Shown: positions 10,338 to 19,995 of the stretch, piece after piece | Layout of the letters: the number at the start of each line of letters is the position of its first letter | Position numbering within the stretch: position 1 is the stretch's first letter | Assembly (NCBI GenBank): GCA_020632535.1 | Contig: JACKFJ010000002.1 | Location: 318,331-382,330, forward strand | Reading direction: 5' to 3' | Source of the DNA: Candidatus Omnitrophota bacterium | GTDB taxonomy: Bacteria > Omnitrophota > Gorgyraeia > Zapsychrales > JANLHA01 | DNA: 64,000 nt | The notes under the pieces: model-generated | What the model was told of the DNA's origin: nothing | The model's database searches: none | What the model saw: only the letters and a program-made list of their open reading frames with translations | Translations under genes and position numbers: made by a program

Positions 10338-11183
10338 ATGGCAACGCGCACAGAAAATCCGTGGATTCGACGAACATTAATTGGGATCGCTTTGCTGTAT
10401 TTGGGGTTGTTCATATTTTTACCTTTGGTCGTTGTTTTTTATACGGGTTTAAGCAAAGGACTTGCTGTTTATTTTCAATCTTTTTCTGATCCGGCTGCTT
10501 TATCCGCGATTCGTTTGACGGTATTGACGGCTTTGATTGCGGTGCCTTTAAATTTGGTTTTTGGAATTGCGGCGTCATGGGCGATTGCAAAATTTGATTT
10601 TTGGGGTAAGAATTTATTAACGACTTTGATTGATTTGCCGTTGTCGGTTTCGCCGGTTATTTCCGGTTTAATTTTTATTCTTTTGTTTGGCGCGCAAGGA
10701 GCGTTTGGTCCGTGGTTGATGGATCATGGTATCAAAGTTATTTTTGCTCCGCCGGCCATTATTTTAGCGACAATTTTTGTTACGTTTCCGATGGTGGCGC
10801 GTGAGCTTATTCCGGTTATGAAAGCTCAGGGAAATGAAGAGGAGGAAGCAGCTTTGACGCTTGGCGCGAGTGGATTTCAAACCTTTTGGCGCATCACTTT
10901 ACCGAATATTAAATGGGGTCTTTTGTATGGTGTGATTCTTTGTAATGCGCGCGCGATGGGCGAGTTTGGCGCCGTGTCCGTCGTGTCTGGCCATATTCGT
11001 GGGCAAACAAACACGTTGCCTTTGCATATCGAAATTTTGTATAACGAGTATAATTTTACCGCAGCCTTCGCGGCCGCTTCATTATTAGCCTTGTTGGCAC
11101 TTGTGACACTTTTTTTGAAATCCATTGTTGAATATCGGTACCGCGCTGAACTTAAGGCGGCCGTAAGGACGGAGAATGTATGA
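10338..11183 (+). CDS. cysW: Sulfate ABC transporter permease CysW
   Basis: Second permease paralog. [27 protein letters not shown]. Confidence 0.9.
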   Translation: MATRTENPWIRRTLIGIALLYLGLFIFLPLVVVFYTGLSKGLAVYFQSFSDPAALSAIRLTVLTALIAVPLNLVFGIAASWAIAKFDFWGKNLLTTLIDLPLSVSPVISGLIFILLFGAQGAFGPWLMDHGIKVIFAPPAIILATIFVTFPMVARELIPVMKAQGNEEEEAALTLGASGFQTFWRITLPNIKWGLLYGVILCNARAMGEFGAVSVVSGHIRGQTNTLPLHIEILYNEYNFTAAFAAASLLALLALVTLFLKSIVEYRYRAELKAAVRTENV

Positions 11184-12184
11184 GTATCGATGTCAAACAG
11201 ATTAGCAAAACGTTTGGGACATTTAAGGCACTTGATAATATCGAATTAAAAATTGCAACTGGAGAATTGATTGCTTTGCTCGGCCCATCAGGGTCGGGCA
11301 AGACGACGCTTCTGCGCATTATTGCTGGTTTAGAAAAAGCGGATCATGGTGAAATATACTTTCATGGTAAAGATGTCAGGACGGAGGAGACCAAAGATCG
11401 TAATGTTGGATTTGTTTTTCAGCATTATGCCCTGTTTCGTCATATGACGGTTTTTGAAAATATTGCATTTGGGTTGAAAGTCAAACCAAAAGCTATTCGT
11501 CCGTCACCAGAAAAAATCAAAGCCAAGGTTCATGAATTATTAAAATTGGTGCAATTGGAGTGGGTTGCGGACCGCTATCCCTCTGAGCTTTCTGGTGGGC
11601 AGCGTCAGCGTATTGCTTTGGCGCGGGCTTTGGCGATTGAGCCGCGTGTCCTTTTGCTTGATGAGCCATTTGGTTCGCTGGACGCCAAAGTTCGTAAAGA
11701 GCTTCGGCAATGGTTGAGACGTTTTCATGATGATTTGCACATTACGACACTGTTTGTTACGCATGATCAGGAAGAAGCGTTGGAAGTTGCTGATCGTGTT
11801 GTTGTCATGAATAAAGGCAAGATTGAGCAAGCTGGAACTCCGGAAGAGGTTTACCATAATCCTGCATCTGTATTTGTTCTTAATTTTTTGGGAAATGTGA
11901 ATCTTTTTCACGGCCGCGTCGAAGAAACGAAGGCGACGAAAATGTATGTTCGTCCGCACGAATTGACAGTGTCGCGCAATCCGATTTCAGCCAACTCGAT
12001 TAAAGCTAAGATTTCATTTATTAATCCAGCCGGATCAGTCGTCAAGATTGACGCGCAAACGAGTGATGGGCAATTGATTCAGGCGGAGATTGCGCAGGAA
12101 GAATATAAGAGTTTGAAGCTTAAACGAAATGAAGAGATTTGTTTGACGCCGAAGAATATTACTTATAGCGAATATGATATTTGA
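11180..12184 (+). CDS. cysA: Sulfate ABC transporter ATP-binding protein CysA
   Basis: Walker [10 protein letters not shown], signature LSGGQRQR, Walker [12 protein letters not shown], and a C-terminal TOBE-like tail. Confidence 0.9.
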   Translation: MSIDVKQISKTFGTFKALDNIELKIATGELIALLGPSGSGKTTLLRIIAGLEKADHGEIYFHGKDVRTEETKDRNVGFVFQHYALFRHMTVFENIAFGLKVKPKAIRPSPEKIKAKVHELLKLVQLEWVADRYPSELSGGQRQRIALARALAIEPRVLLLDEPFGSLDAKVRKELRQWLRRFHDDLHITTLFVTHDQEEALEVADRVVVMNKGKIEQAGTPEEVYHNPASVFVLNFLGNVNLFHGRVEETKATKMYVRPHELTVSRNPISANSIKAKISFINPAGSVVKIDAQTSDGQLIQAEIAQEEYKSLKLKRNEEICLTPKNITYSEYDI

Positions 12185-12210
12185 AAAGGACAAAAAGAAA
12201 GGAAGTAGAA

Positions 12211-13146
12211 ATGAAAATCGCAAATAATATTACGGAATTAATCGGTAATACACCACTGGTTCGTTTGAATAAAATGAATGAAGGACTTCACGCGGATATT
12301 GTTTTAAAATTGGAATTTTTTAATCCTTTGAGTTCTGTCAAAGATCGCATTGGTTTGGCGATGGTCGAAGCTGGGGAAAAGGCTGGCAAAATAATTAAAG
12401 GTCAAACGACGTTGGTAGAACCCACGTCTGGAAATACTGGAATTGCGCTCGCATTTGTTTGTGCGGTTAAGGGATACAAGTTGATTTTAACGATGCCCGA
12501 AACCATGAGTTTGGAGCGTCGTGCTTTATTGCGGGCGCTGGGCGCGACATTGATTTTAACCCCGGGTTCGGAGGGCATGAAGGGTGCTATCGCTAAAGCG
12601 AAAGAATTAACCGCTTCGGATCCAAGCTATTTTCAACCGCAGCAATTTGATAATTTGGCAAATCCCGAAGTGCATCGTAAGACAACCGCTGAGGAAATTT
12701 GGCGTGATACCGATGGCAAGGTTGATATTTTGATTTCCGGAATTGGAACGGGTGGAACTTTGACAGGGGTGGCGAGTGTTATTAAGGAGCGCAAACCGTC
12801 TTTTAAGGCGATTGCGATTGAACCAAAAGGGTCTCCGGTATTATCGGGAGGTGCGCCGGGTCCGCATAAAATTCAAGGAATTGGCGCGGGTTTTGTGCCG
12901 AGTATTTTGGATACCAAACTTATTGATGAAGTTATTCAAGTTGAAAATGATCATGCTTTCGCTTATGCAAAACGTTTGATTCGTGAAGAAGGGATTCTTT
13001 GCGGTATTTCATCGGGCGCGGCGGTTTATGCTGCGATAGAAGTCGCTAAACGCCCCGAGAATAAAGGTAAATTGATTGTCGCGATTATTCCGAGTACAGG
13101 CGAACGATATTTATCAACGGATCTTTTTGCAGAATTTCGAAGCTAG
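12211..13146 (+). CDS. cysK: Cysteine synthase A (O-acetylserine sulfhydrylase)
   Basis: The ATG at 12211 is preceded by [25 protein letters not shown]-lysine region [19 protein letters not shown] and [10 protein letters not shown]. Confidence 0.9.
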   Translation: MKIANNITELIGNTPLVRLNKMNEGLHADIVLKLEFFNPLSSVKDRIGLAMVEAGEKAGKIIKGQTTLVEPTSGNTGIALAFVCAVKGYKLILTMPETMSLERRALLRALGATLILTPGSEGMKGAIAKAKELTASDPSYFQPQQFDNLANPEVHRKTTAEEIWRDTDGKVDILISGIGTGGTLTGVASVIKERKPSFKAIAIEPKGSPVLSGGAPGPHKIQGIGAGFVPSILDTKLIDEVIQVENDHAFAYAKRLIREEGILCGISSGAAVYAAIEVAKRPENKGKLIVAIIPSTGERYLSTDLFAEFRS

Positions 13147-13183
13147 GAAGTGTAGAAGTATTTCATAATAGCTTAATTTGTTT

Positions 13184-13192
13184 TGTTATAAT
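13184..13192 (+). promoter_or_regulatory. Extended -10 promoter (TGtTATAAT)
   Basis: TG at 13184-13185 and TATAAT at 13187-13192. The ATG at 13199 lies 7 nt after the hexamer, i.e. at the expected +1, so the mRNA may be leaderless. Confidence 0.35.
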
Positions 13193-13198
13193 GTCGCT

Positions 13199-13543
13199 AT
13201 GCGTATGTTGAGAAATATTTTTATTGTTTTTGCATTTGTCCTCTGGATTCTACCACTGGGTGTTTTTATTAAGCCCATTGATGAGAAAAAAGTCTGCGAT
13301 GGCAAGCGTGCAATTTGTATGTGTTCTCATATGGTCAAAACCAAGACAGGTGCTGCAAAGAAATTCTTAAAAGTACATGTTCCCATATCTGAAAAGGATA
13401 CTTCCTCCAGCGGGAGCAGTAACTATTTGGCCGCTGAACTCAAAGATATCAATTCTTTTTCGGGATCCCAGTTTTTAAACCATATTCCCAACTTGTATTC
13501 CTTCGCAGTCTCAAAATCCGTTGAGCACGTCCCAAAAGTTTAG
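13199..13543 (+). CDS. Small membrane-anchored hypothetical protein with a CxxxxxxCxC segment
   Basis: In-frame ATGs at 13199 and 13205 within ORF 13178..13543. TM helix IFIVFAFVLWILPLGVFI, then VCDGKRAICMCSHM. I recognise no family. Confidence 0.4.
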   Translation: MRMLRNIFIVFAFVLWILPLGVFIKPIDEKKVCDGKRAICMCSHMVKTKTGAAKKFLKVHVPISEKDTSSSGSSNYLAAELKDINSFSGSQFLNHIPNLYSFAVSKSVEHVPKV

Positions 13544-13631
13544 CCTTCCCCATATATAGTTTTTCAAAACACACATGAAGCTTAGTTTGGTATTCAACTA
13601 AGGACAAGTTTTTAATTTTCTATTGGAGAAT

Positions 13632-14591
13632 ATGATGAAAAATAAATTTTTCTTTATTTTATATTTGTTTTTGGGTTTAATGTTGGTGAATGCCACTAGC
13701 GTTTTGGCATGTGAGTCTTGTCTTTTGTCTCGAACTGGACGTGATGAGAGTCAAGTCAACGCAAAAAGTGCAGATAGTAGGTTATTATTTAAATATTGGT
13801 TTGAGCGGCAAGATTGGAAAAGTATGGATCTAAACGCCGCTCATGAATTGCATCATGATGGACACCATGTTCATGTCAAGACATCGGAGAGTATTCAGCA
13901 TTTAGGCGCTGGATATATTTGGAATAAGCATTTTTTGACAACTTTGGATTTGCCTTATGTGAGACGAAAGTCTTTAGAAGTTCACAGTCATGCTAATATG
14001 GGTAAGGAATATACATCTCAGGGTTTTGGTGACGTGACGGTGTCAGGAATTTATGATTTTTGGAAAACGAAGCAGCGAGACATAGGAGTTGTTGTTGGTG
14101 TAAAAGTGCCCACAGGTTCAACTCATGAAATCAATCCGCAGGGAGCACGTTTTGAGTCAGAGATGCAGCCGGGAACAGGATCTTGGGATTATCATCTCGG
14201 TGGAGTTTATCAACAAAGCTTTACGCACCTTGATTTAACGGCGAACATGCTGTACGTTTTTAAAAATGAAGGAGCACAGAATTATCAATTCGGGAACGTT
14301 TTTTCGACGACAGTATTCATTGATTATATTCCTCCACAAAACACTGTGTTAAAGAATGTCCGACCAGGAATCATGATGAATTGGAAAGATGAAGCTCGCC
14401 ATGAGGATCGCGGAGAGAAAGAAAGTGATTCTGGTGGTTCGACGGTTTTCTTAGGACCAGAATTGTCGCTGAGCACAAATGATTATTTTAAAGTGTTTGT
14501 CAATTTTCAATGGCCGGTTTATCAAGATCTTGGTGGCGTTCATCAGGAAGTTGATAAAATTTGGAATTTGGGAACACAGGTTAGATGGTAA
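13632..14591 (+). CDS. Outer-membrane beta-barrel protein (MetA-pathway/transporter-like family) with a His-rich N-terminal segment
   Basis: Signal peptide. Alternating beta-strand pattern. GFGDVTVSG, VKVPTGST and QPGTGSWDY resemble the Phenol_MetA_deg-type OM channel family. Aromatic C-terminus (GTQVRW). His-rich HELHHDGHHVHV. Confidence 0.5.
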   Translation: MMKNKFFFILYLFLGLMLVNATSVLACESCLLSRTGRDESQVNAKSADSRLLFKYWFERQDWKSMDLNAAHELHHDGHHVHVKTSESIQHLGAGYIWNKHFLTTLDLPYVRRKSLEVHSHANMGKEYTSQGFGDVTVSGIYDFWKTKQRDIGVVVGVKVPTGSTHEINPQGARFESEMQPGTGSWDYHLGGVYQQSFTHLDLTANMLYVFKNEGAQNYQFGNVFSTTVFIDYIPPQNTVLKNVRPGIMMNWKDEARHEDRGEKESDSGGSTVFLGPELSLSTNDYFKVFVNFQWPVYQDLGGVHQEVDKIWNLGTQVRW

Positions 14592-14661
14592 AGATAATTC
14601 ACAATTTTTATTTTTTTTGAGGCAGAATAAAAGAAGCATTTAACTATTTGGAGTTAATTTT

Positions 14662-15963
14662 ATGACCGATTTGCTTTTTGCCCGTTCGCAAATGGCCATT
14701 TCGCTTGGCTTTCATATTGTTTTTGCATGCATTGGTATGACGATGCCGTTTTTTATGGCTATTGCCCATTGGAAATGGCTTAAGACGGGCGATGAGGTTT
14801 ATTTGCGATTAACGAAAGCGTGGTCTAAGGGTGTCGCGATTTTGTTTGCGACCGGTGCGGTGTCTGGCACTTTGCTTTCGTTTGAGCTTGGCTTGTTGTG
14901 GCCAAAGTTTATGGAACATGCTGGGCCGATTTTCGGAATGCCGTTCTCTCTCGAGGGGACGGCATTCTTTTTAGAAGCGATCGCGCTAGGTGTTTATCTT
15001 TATGGATGGAAAAAAATTCCCCAATATATACATTGGGCATTTGGTGTTCTTGTTGGTGTTTCCGGTATTCTTTCGGGAATTTTTGTTGTGGCCGCGAACG
15101 CGTGGATGAATAGTCCCGCAGGTTTCGATTGGGTCAATGGACAGGCAATAAATATTGATCCTGTGAAAGCCATGTTTAATGACGCGTGGTTTACGCAGGC
15201 ACTGCATATGACTATCGCCGCTTTTGCCGCGACTGCTTTTGCTGTCGCCGGTGTTCATGCGTATTATTTGAAAAAAGATCCTAGTAGCAGCATACACAAA
15301 AAAGCTTTGAATATTGTGATATGGTTTGCGGTTATTGCTGCGTTGCTTCAGCCAGTCAGTGGAGATTTAAGCGCAAAAGATATTGCGAAAAGACAGCCGG
15401 CAAAACTAGCCGCCGCTGAAGCGTTGTTTGAAACACAATCGCGTGCTCCATTGTTGATTGGCGGAATACCGAACATTAAGGAGAAGAGGGTCGATTATGC
15501 GATTGCAATTCCTGGCTTGTTGAGTTTTCTTGCGCACGGCGATTTTAATAAGGAAGTCGTTGGTTTAGACAGAATTCCTATCGATGAACAACCTCCAATA
15601 GCTGTTGTACATTATGCTTTTCAAATTATGGTGGGGATCGGCATTTTTTTGCTTGGTATCGCGCTGTATTTTCTTTTTCGAAAATTTATTATTAAAAAAG
15701 AACCTTTTACACCACGCTTATTAAAACTTTTGGTTTTCGCGGCTCCAATGGGATTTATTGCTGTGGAAGCTGGATGGACGGTGACTGAGGTTGGTCGACA
15801 GCCGTGGATTTTATATGGGATTCTGCGAACAAAAGATTCATTGACTCCTATGCCGGGGTTGGTTTTTCCGTTTATGCTCACCACGGGAGTTTATATTTTC
15901 TTGGCGATTATTGTTACATGGCTCATGGTTCGTCAGTTTAAATCCATTACGCGAAAGGTTTAA
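14662..15963 (+). CDS. cydA: Cytochrome bd ubiquinol oxidase subunit I
   Basis: 433 aa polytopic protein. N-terminus LLFARSQMAISLGFHIVFA. Conserved GWTVTEVGRQPW near the C-terminus. Confidence 0.9.
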   Translation: MTDLLFARSQMAISLGFHIVFACIGMTMPFFMAIAHWKWLKTGDEVYLRLTKAWSKGVAILFATGAVSGTLLSFELGLLWPKFMEHAGPIFGMPFSLEGTAFFLEAIALGVYLYGWKKIPQYIHWAFGVLVGVSGILSGIFVVAANAWMNSPAGFDWVNGQAINIDPVKAMFNDAWFTQALHMTIAAFAATAFAVAGVHAYYLKKDPSSSIHKKALNIVIWFAVIAALLQPVSGDLSAKDIAKRQPAKLAAAEALFETQSRAPLLIGGIPNIKEKRVDYAIAIPGLLSFLAHGDFNKEVVGLDRIPIDEQPPIAVVHYAFQIMVGIGIFLLGIALYFLFRKFIIKKEPFTPRLLKLLVFAAPMGFIAVEAGWTVTEVGRQPWILYGILRTKDSLTPMPGLVFPFMLTTGVYIFLAIIVTWLMVRQFKSITRKV

Positions 15964-15965
15964 AG

Positions 15966-16982
15966 ATGGAATGGGTTGTGCTTTTCTTTTTGGCAACATC
16001 CGTTTTCCTCTATTGTTTATTGGGCGGCGCGGATTTTGGCGTCGGTGTCCACGAATGGCTTGTGCCAGCGAATAAAAAGCGGCGGCATGAAGAAGTTGTT
16101 GCTTACGCTATGGGGCCCGTCTGGGAAGCTAATCACATGTGGCTTATTATTGTGGTTGTGATTCTTTTTATCGCTTTTCCGCGGGTTTATTCGCAGGTTT
16201 CAATTTATTTACACATTCCTCTTACATTGATGTTAATTGGGATTATTATTCGCGGCTGTGCTTTTTCTTTTCGACATTACGATTCGGTGGAAGATGGATC
16301 GCGAAAATATTATTCGTGGGCGTTTTCTTTTTCCAGCCTTTTGACACCCATTGCTTTTGGCGTGATTATTGCAGCATTAATGCTGGGGAAAATACCACCG
16401 CAACCAACGGATTATTATTCGACTTATGTGCAGCCATGGTGCAACATTTTTTCTTTAGTGACAGGATTTTTTGTTTTAAGCATTTTTACATTTATTGCTG
16501 GTGTTTTTATGGTTGGGGAAGAAACGATTGGTGACTTACGTGAAAATTATGTTCGTCGTACTAAGTTTTTGCATATTGTTATGATTATTATGGGGGCATT
16601 GGTTTTCTTTGCCGCGAGATTTGAAGGTTTTGATCTTGGCGCGCGATTTTTTAGTCATCCTTTTGCCTTGACTGCGATGGCGTTAGCTACTGTTTCCCAT
16701 TTCTTATTGTGGCCGCTTTTTAGGGTCAGCCGACGGTGGCGTTTACGTCTTTTAGCCGGATTTCAGCTGTTTATGGTGGTTGCGGCTTGGCTGGCGGTTA
16801 TTTTTCCTGATGTAATTTTTTATAACAATGGAACAACGCTAACGCTTTTTGAACACATGGCTCCAGAAAAAACATTGATTGCTTTAGGCGTCGCCCTTAT
16901 TGTGGGTGCCACATTGTTTCTCCCTTTGCTAGGCTATCTCTTTTTTATGTTTAAGAAGGCTTCAGGCAACTTGAATAACTAA
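15966..16982 (+). CDS. cydB: Cytochrome bd ubiquinol oxidase subunit II
   Basis: Starts 2 nt after cydA. 338 aa polytopic protein. N-terminal GGADFGVG motif. Confidence 0.85.
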   Translation: MEWVVLFFLATSVFLYCLLGGADFGVGVHEWLVPANKKRRHEEVVAYAMGPVWEANHMWLIIVVVILFIAFPRVYSQVSIYLHIPLTLMLIGIIIRGCAFSFRHYDSVEDGSRKYYSWAFSFSSLLTPIAFGVIIAALMLGKIPPQPTDYYSTYVQPWCNIFSLVTGFFVLSIFTFIAGVFMVGEETIGDLRENYVRRTKFLHIVMIIMGALVFFAARFEGFDLGARFFSHPFALTAMALATVSHFLLWPLFRVSRRWRLRLLAGFQLFMVVAAWLAVIFPDVIFYNNGTTLTLFEHMAPEKTLIALGVALIVGATLFLPLLGYLFFMFKKASGNLNN

Positions 16983-17073
16983 GTTATTTAGCAACTTATA
17001 ATTTCTTTTTGTCGAACAATCCCAAAGGTATTAAAAAATATTCATAATGTTGGTTTTCTCTTGGAGATAACTC

Positions 17074-17101
17074 TTGACAATTCAAATCGATTTGATAAAT
17101 T
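17074..17101 (+). promoter_or_regulatory. Candidate sigma70-like promoter in the cydB-feoA spacer
   Basis: TTGACA (17074-17079), 16 nt spacer, TAAATT (17096-17101). The -10 is weak. Confidence 0.3.
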
Positions 17102-17167
17102 ATTGATATCATATACGTCTTATAAAGCCTTATATCAATTGTTGAGGTCAAAGATTGTTGCTTAGAG

Positions 17168-17193
17168 CCCATACAAAAATCGTGTGGGTTTTT
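17168..17193 (+). terminator. Intrinsic terminator-like hairpin inside the feoA upstream region
   Basis: CCCATAC (17168-17174), loop AAAAATC, GTGTGGG (17182-17188, one G.U pair), followed by TTTTT at 17189-17193. Confidence 0.5.
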
Positions 17194-17214
17194 GTTTATT
17201 AAAAGTTAAAAATT

Positions 17215-17247
17215 CTTAACAATTATATGTAATAAGAAATTGTTGAG
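17215..17247 (+). promoter_or_regulatory. 10-bp inverted repeat/hairpin in the feoA leader
   Basis: CTTAACAATT (17215-17224) pairs with AATTGTTGAG (17238-17247), with one G.U pair in RNA and a 13-nt loop. An identical AATTGTTGAG is also present at 17137-17146. Confidence 0.35.
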
Positions 17248-17345
17248 TATTTGTAGTTTTTAGAAGGTAACTGTTCAATTTTGCGAAATATTGGAGCTGT
17301 CCTAATTTTCAAGGGAGACTTGCATACTATAAGGCTGAGGTAAAT

Positions 17346-17591
17346 ATGAAAAAAGTACCATTAAATGAGTTGAAAGTTGGACAAACTGGAGTTGTTGAAG
17401 AGGTGCGCGATCAGGGGTTTTTGTCTCAGCGCCTTTTGGAAATGGGCATTATTCGCGGGACACCGATTGAAGTGATCCGTTTTGCCCCGATGGGTGACCC
17501 CATTGATATTAAGATTCGAGGTTATCATTTGTCTTTGCGTGGAGAAGAGGCCAACGGTATTATTGTTTCTATTTCGGATGATGTAAATTAA
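17346..17591 (+). CDS. feoA: Ferrous iron transport protein A
   Basis: 81 aa. FeoA SH3-like pattern LNELKVGQTGVVEEV...LLEMGIIRGTPIEVIRFAPMGDPI. Confidence 0.85.
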   Translation: MKKVPLNELKVGQTGVVEEVRDQGFLSQRLLEMGIIRGTPIEVIRFAPMGDPIDIKIRGYHLSLRGEEANGIIVSISDDVN

Positions 17592-17609
17592 TTTGAGGAG
17601 TGCTTGGTA

Positions 17610-19712
17610 ATGCCAGAAGCTTTAGTCAATCCGCCGACAGAACAAAAAGCGATTATCGTTGCTTTGGCTGGGAATCCTAATTCGGGAAAGACAACAGTTT
17701 TTAATGCTTTAACGAAACTGCGTCAAAAAGTTGGCAATTATTCCGGTGTAACGGTTGAAAAGAAATTAGGTCGTATTATTTATGCCGATAATCGCGAGAT
17801 CGATGTTCTTGATCTTCCCGGAACGTATAGTCTTGATGTTCGTTCTCCTGATGAGAAAGTCGCGCGTGATGTTCTTTTGGGTCAAATGAGAAATACCCCT
17901 CGACCGGATATCGTTATCTGTGTTGTTGATGCTACCAACTTGGAACGCAATCTTTATTTATTTAGTCAAATTCAAGATCTTGGCTTGCCGGTTATTATTT
18001 ATCTGAACATGATGGATGAAGTTGAAAAGCAAGGAAAGAAAATCGATGTGATTAAGCTTTCACAATCTTTGCATGCGCCTGTTATTGAGGGCGTTGCTAT
18101 TCACGGCAAAGGTATCGAAGAATTAAAGAATATGATTAGTCTTGCAATTGCACCTGCAGATCGTCGACTATGGCGCATGCCTGAGCAGGTCGAGTCGCGT
18201 ATTGAACAATTAATGATTTTGCTTTGGCGCGAAGAAGGCATGGCCAAGTCTGATACTTTTTCTGAAGCTATAATTTTATTATCCAAAGAAGAACGTGTGC
18301 TTAAAGAAATGTTGAAGGGGCGGCCAAAAGTCATTGATTGTGTGCGCGGCATTCAAACCGATTTGACGGAATGGGGTATCAATTGGCGGTCGGTCGCAAT
18401 AGAGTCGCGGTATGACTGGCTTTCTAAGGTTTTAAAAGGCGTTGTTTTAGAAAAATCAGGAAAAAAAGAAATAACGGTTACCGATCGTATTGATGCGATT
18501 GTCACGCACAAAATTTGGGGTTGGTTGATTTTCTTTGGATTAATGGCATTGATGTTTTATTCGATTTTTACATTCGCGACTATTCCGATGGACTGGATTG
18601 ATTCATTCTTTTCTCTTTTATCTGGTTGGGTTAAACAATGGATGCCACCGGGAGATGTTCGAGATTTAGTTACGGGGGGAGTCATTGCGGGTGTAGGTGC
18701 TGTGGTGATTTTCTTGCCGCAAATATTAATTCTTTTTTTCTTTATTGGTCTTTTGCAAGATACGGGTTATATGGCTCGTGCCGCGTTTATTATGGATCGA
18801 CTAATGAGCAAGGCTGGCTTGCATGGAAAATCTTTTATTCCTATGCTCAGCTCTTTTGCGTGTGCAATTCCCGGGGTTATGGCTGCACGCGCGATTGAAA
18901 GTCCCAAAGACCGTTTGACTACGATTTTGGTTGCACCACTAATGAGCTGTTCTGCGCGTTTGCCGGTGTATACGATTATCATTGCCGTTTTAATTCCCGG
19001 CGCGATCGCATGGCAAAAGGCTGGCATTATGTTGGGTCTTTATTTGGCCGGTATCATTGGTGCTTTTGCAATGGCTTGGGTTTTTAAGAAAACATTGTTA
19101 CGCAGCGAGACGCCTGTTTTTATTATGGAATTGCCGCCGTATCGATGGCCGCCTTTTAAAGATGTCATGTTGCATATGTGGGAACGGGCTTTGATCTTTT
19201 TAAGAAGAGCAGGAACAGTGATTTTTGCTCTGTCGATTATTCTTTGGGGATTGATGACGTATCCCAAGCATGATCATTTGGATCCCGGGGAAGCCTTAAA
19301 GCATAGTTTTGCCGGTCAGGCGGGATTGCTTATTGAACCTGTTATTAAACCTTTAGGGTTTGATTGGCGCGTGGGCATTGGTTTGATTGGTTCTTTTGCT
19401 GCGAGAGAAGTTTTTGTTAGTACGATGAACATTGTCTTTAATATTGAAAATGAAGGTGAAGGGGACCATTTGCGCGAAGCGTTTCAAAACGCAACTTGGC
19501 CAGATGGCCGTGCTCTTTTTACACCGCTTTCGTGCATCAGTTTGATGATTTTCTTTGTGTTTGCGATGCAATGTATTAGCACCGTGGCCGTTGTGCGGCG
19601 AGAAACCAATAGTTGGAAATGGCCATTATTTCAAATTTTTTATATGACGGGCTTAGCGTATGTCATTTCCTTGCTTGTGTATCAGGGTGGTCTGCTGCTT
19701 GGTTTTCACTAG
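17610..19712 (+). CDS. feoB: Ferrous iron transporter FeoB
   Basis: The ATG at 17610 lies 9 nt after GAGGAG. G-domain G1 GNPNSGKTT, DLPGTYSL and NMMD. Large polytopic C-terminal permease domain. Confidence 0.95.
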   Translation: MPEALVNPPTEQKAIIVALAGNPNSGKTTVFNALTKLRQKVGNYSGVTVEKKLGRIIYADNREIDVLDLPGTYSLDVRSPDEKVARDVLLGQMRNTPRPDIVICVVDATNLERNLYLFSQIQDLGLPVIIYLNMMDEVEKQGKKIDVIKLSQSLHAPVIEGVAIHGKGIEELKNMISLAIAPADRRLWRMPEQVESRIEQLMILLWREEGMAKSDTFSEAIILLSKEERVLKEMLKGRPKVIDCVRGIQTDLTEWGINWRSVAIESRYDWLSKVLKGVVLEKSGKKEITVTDRIDAIVTHKIWGWLIFFGLMALMFYSIFTFATIPMDWIDSFFSLLSGWVKQWMPPGDVRDLVTGGVIAGVGAVVIFLPQILILFFFIGLLQDTGYMARAAFIMDRLMSKAGLHGKSFIPMLSSFACAIPGVMAARAIESPKDRLTTILVAPLMSCSARLPVYTIIIAVLIPGAIAWQKAGIMLGLYLAGIIGAFAMAWVFKKTLLRSETPVFIMELPPYRWPPFKDVMLHMWERALIFLRRAGTVIFALSIILWGLMTYPKHDHLDPGEALKHSFAGQAGLLIEPVIKPLGFDWRVGIGLIGSFAAREVFVSTMNIVFNIENEGEGDHLREAFQNATWPDGRALFTPLSCISLMIFFVFAMQCISTVAVVRRETNSWKWPLFQIFYMTGLAYVISLLVYQGGLLLGFH

Positions 19713-19723
19713 GAGGTAATAAT

Positions 19724-19879
19724 ATGGAAAATTTGCAATCGATTATCGCTGTTATAATTGTTTTGGTTACTGCCGGGATTGTGCTTTACCGTGCTTTTGG
19801 AAAGAAGAAATCTGGGTGTGGTTCTGGCTGTGGCTGTGCTGGTGAAACAAAGAAATTCCCTTCCGCAAAAAAGAAGTAA
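19724..19879 (+). CDS. FeoB-associated Cys-rich small membrane protein
   Basis: The ATG at 19724 follows AGGAGG (19711-19716). 51 aa: MENLQSIIAVIIVLVTAGIVLYRAF, then KKKSGCGSGCGCAG. The ORF track's longer 19613 start overlaps feoB and is unlikely. Confidence 0.75.
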   Translation: MENLQSIIAVIIVLVTAGIVLYRAFGKKKSGCGSGCGCAGETKKFPSAKKK

Positions 19880-19920
19880 CTTGTAGTCCTTTCAGTAGTT
19901 AAAAAATTCCTAAAATAAAT

Positions 19921-19949
19921 GAAACTTTTTAAAGTTTTACTGTGTCTAA
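19921..19949 (+). promoter_or_regulatory. Candidate ECF-type promoter (GAAACTT-N17-TCTAA)
   Basis: TGAAACTT at 19920-19927 and TCTAA at 19945-19949 resemble sigmaE/ECF -35 (GGAACTT) and -10 (TCTAA) elements. Lies upstream of the gene string that contains the ECF sigma gene. Confidence 0.35.
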
Positions 19950-19995
19950 CCTAGTGAAGTGGGGAGAAACGAGTTTTAATTTTAGGAGGTTAGTC

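Noticed and set aside
17091-17112. Fur box overlapping the feo promoter (GATAAATTATTGATATCAT)
   Set aside because: It is AT-rich and contains GATAA/TATC fragments. However, position-by-position comparison with GATAATGATAATCATTATC gives only about 6 of 19 matches in the best register I tried, which is not distinguishable from background AT-rich sequence.
19613-19723. The long version (88 aa) of the ORF after feoB, starting inside feoB
   Set aside because: The first 37 codons overlap the feoB 3' end in another frame. A strong AGGAGG precedes the internal ATG at 19724. The shorter product matches the TM-helix plus Cys-rich-tail architecture.
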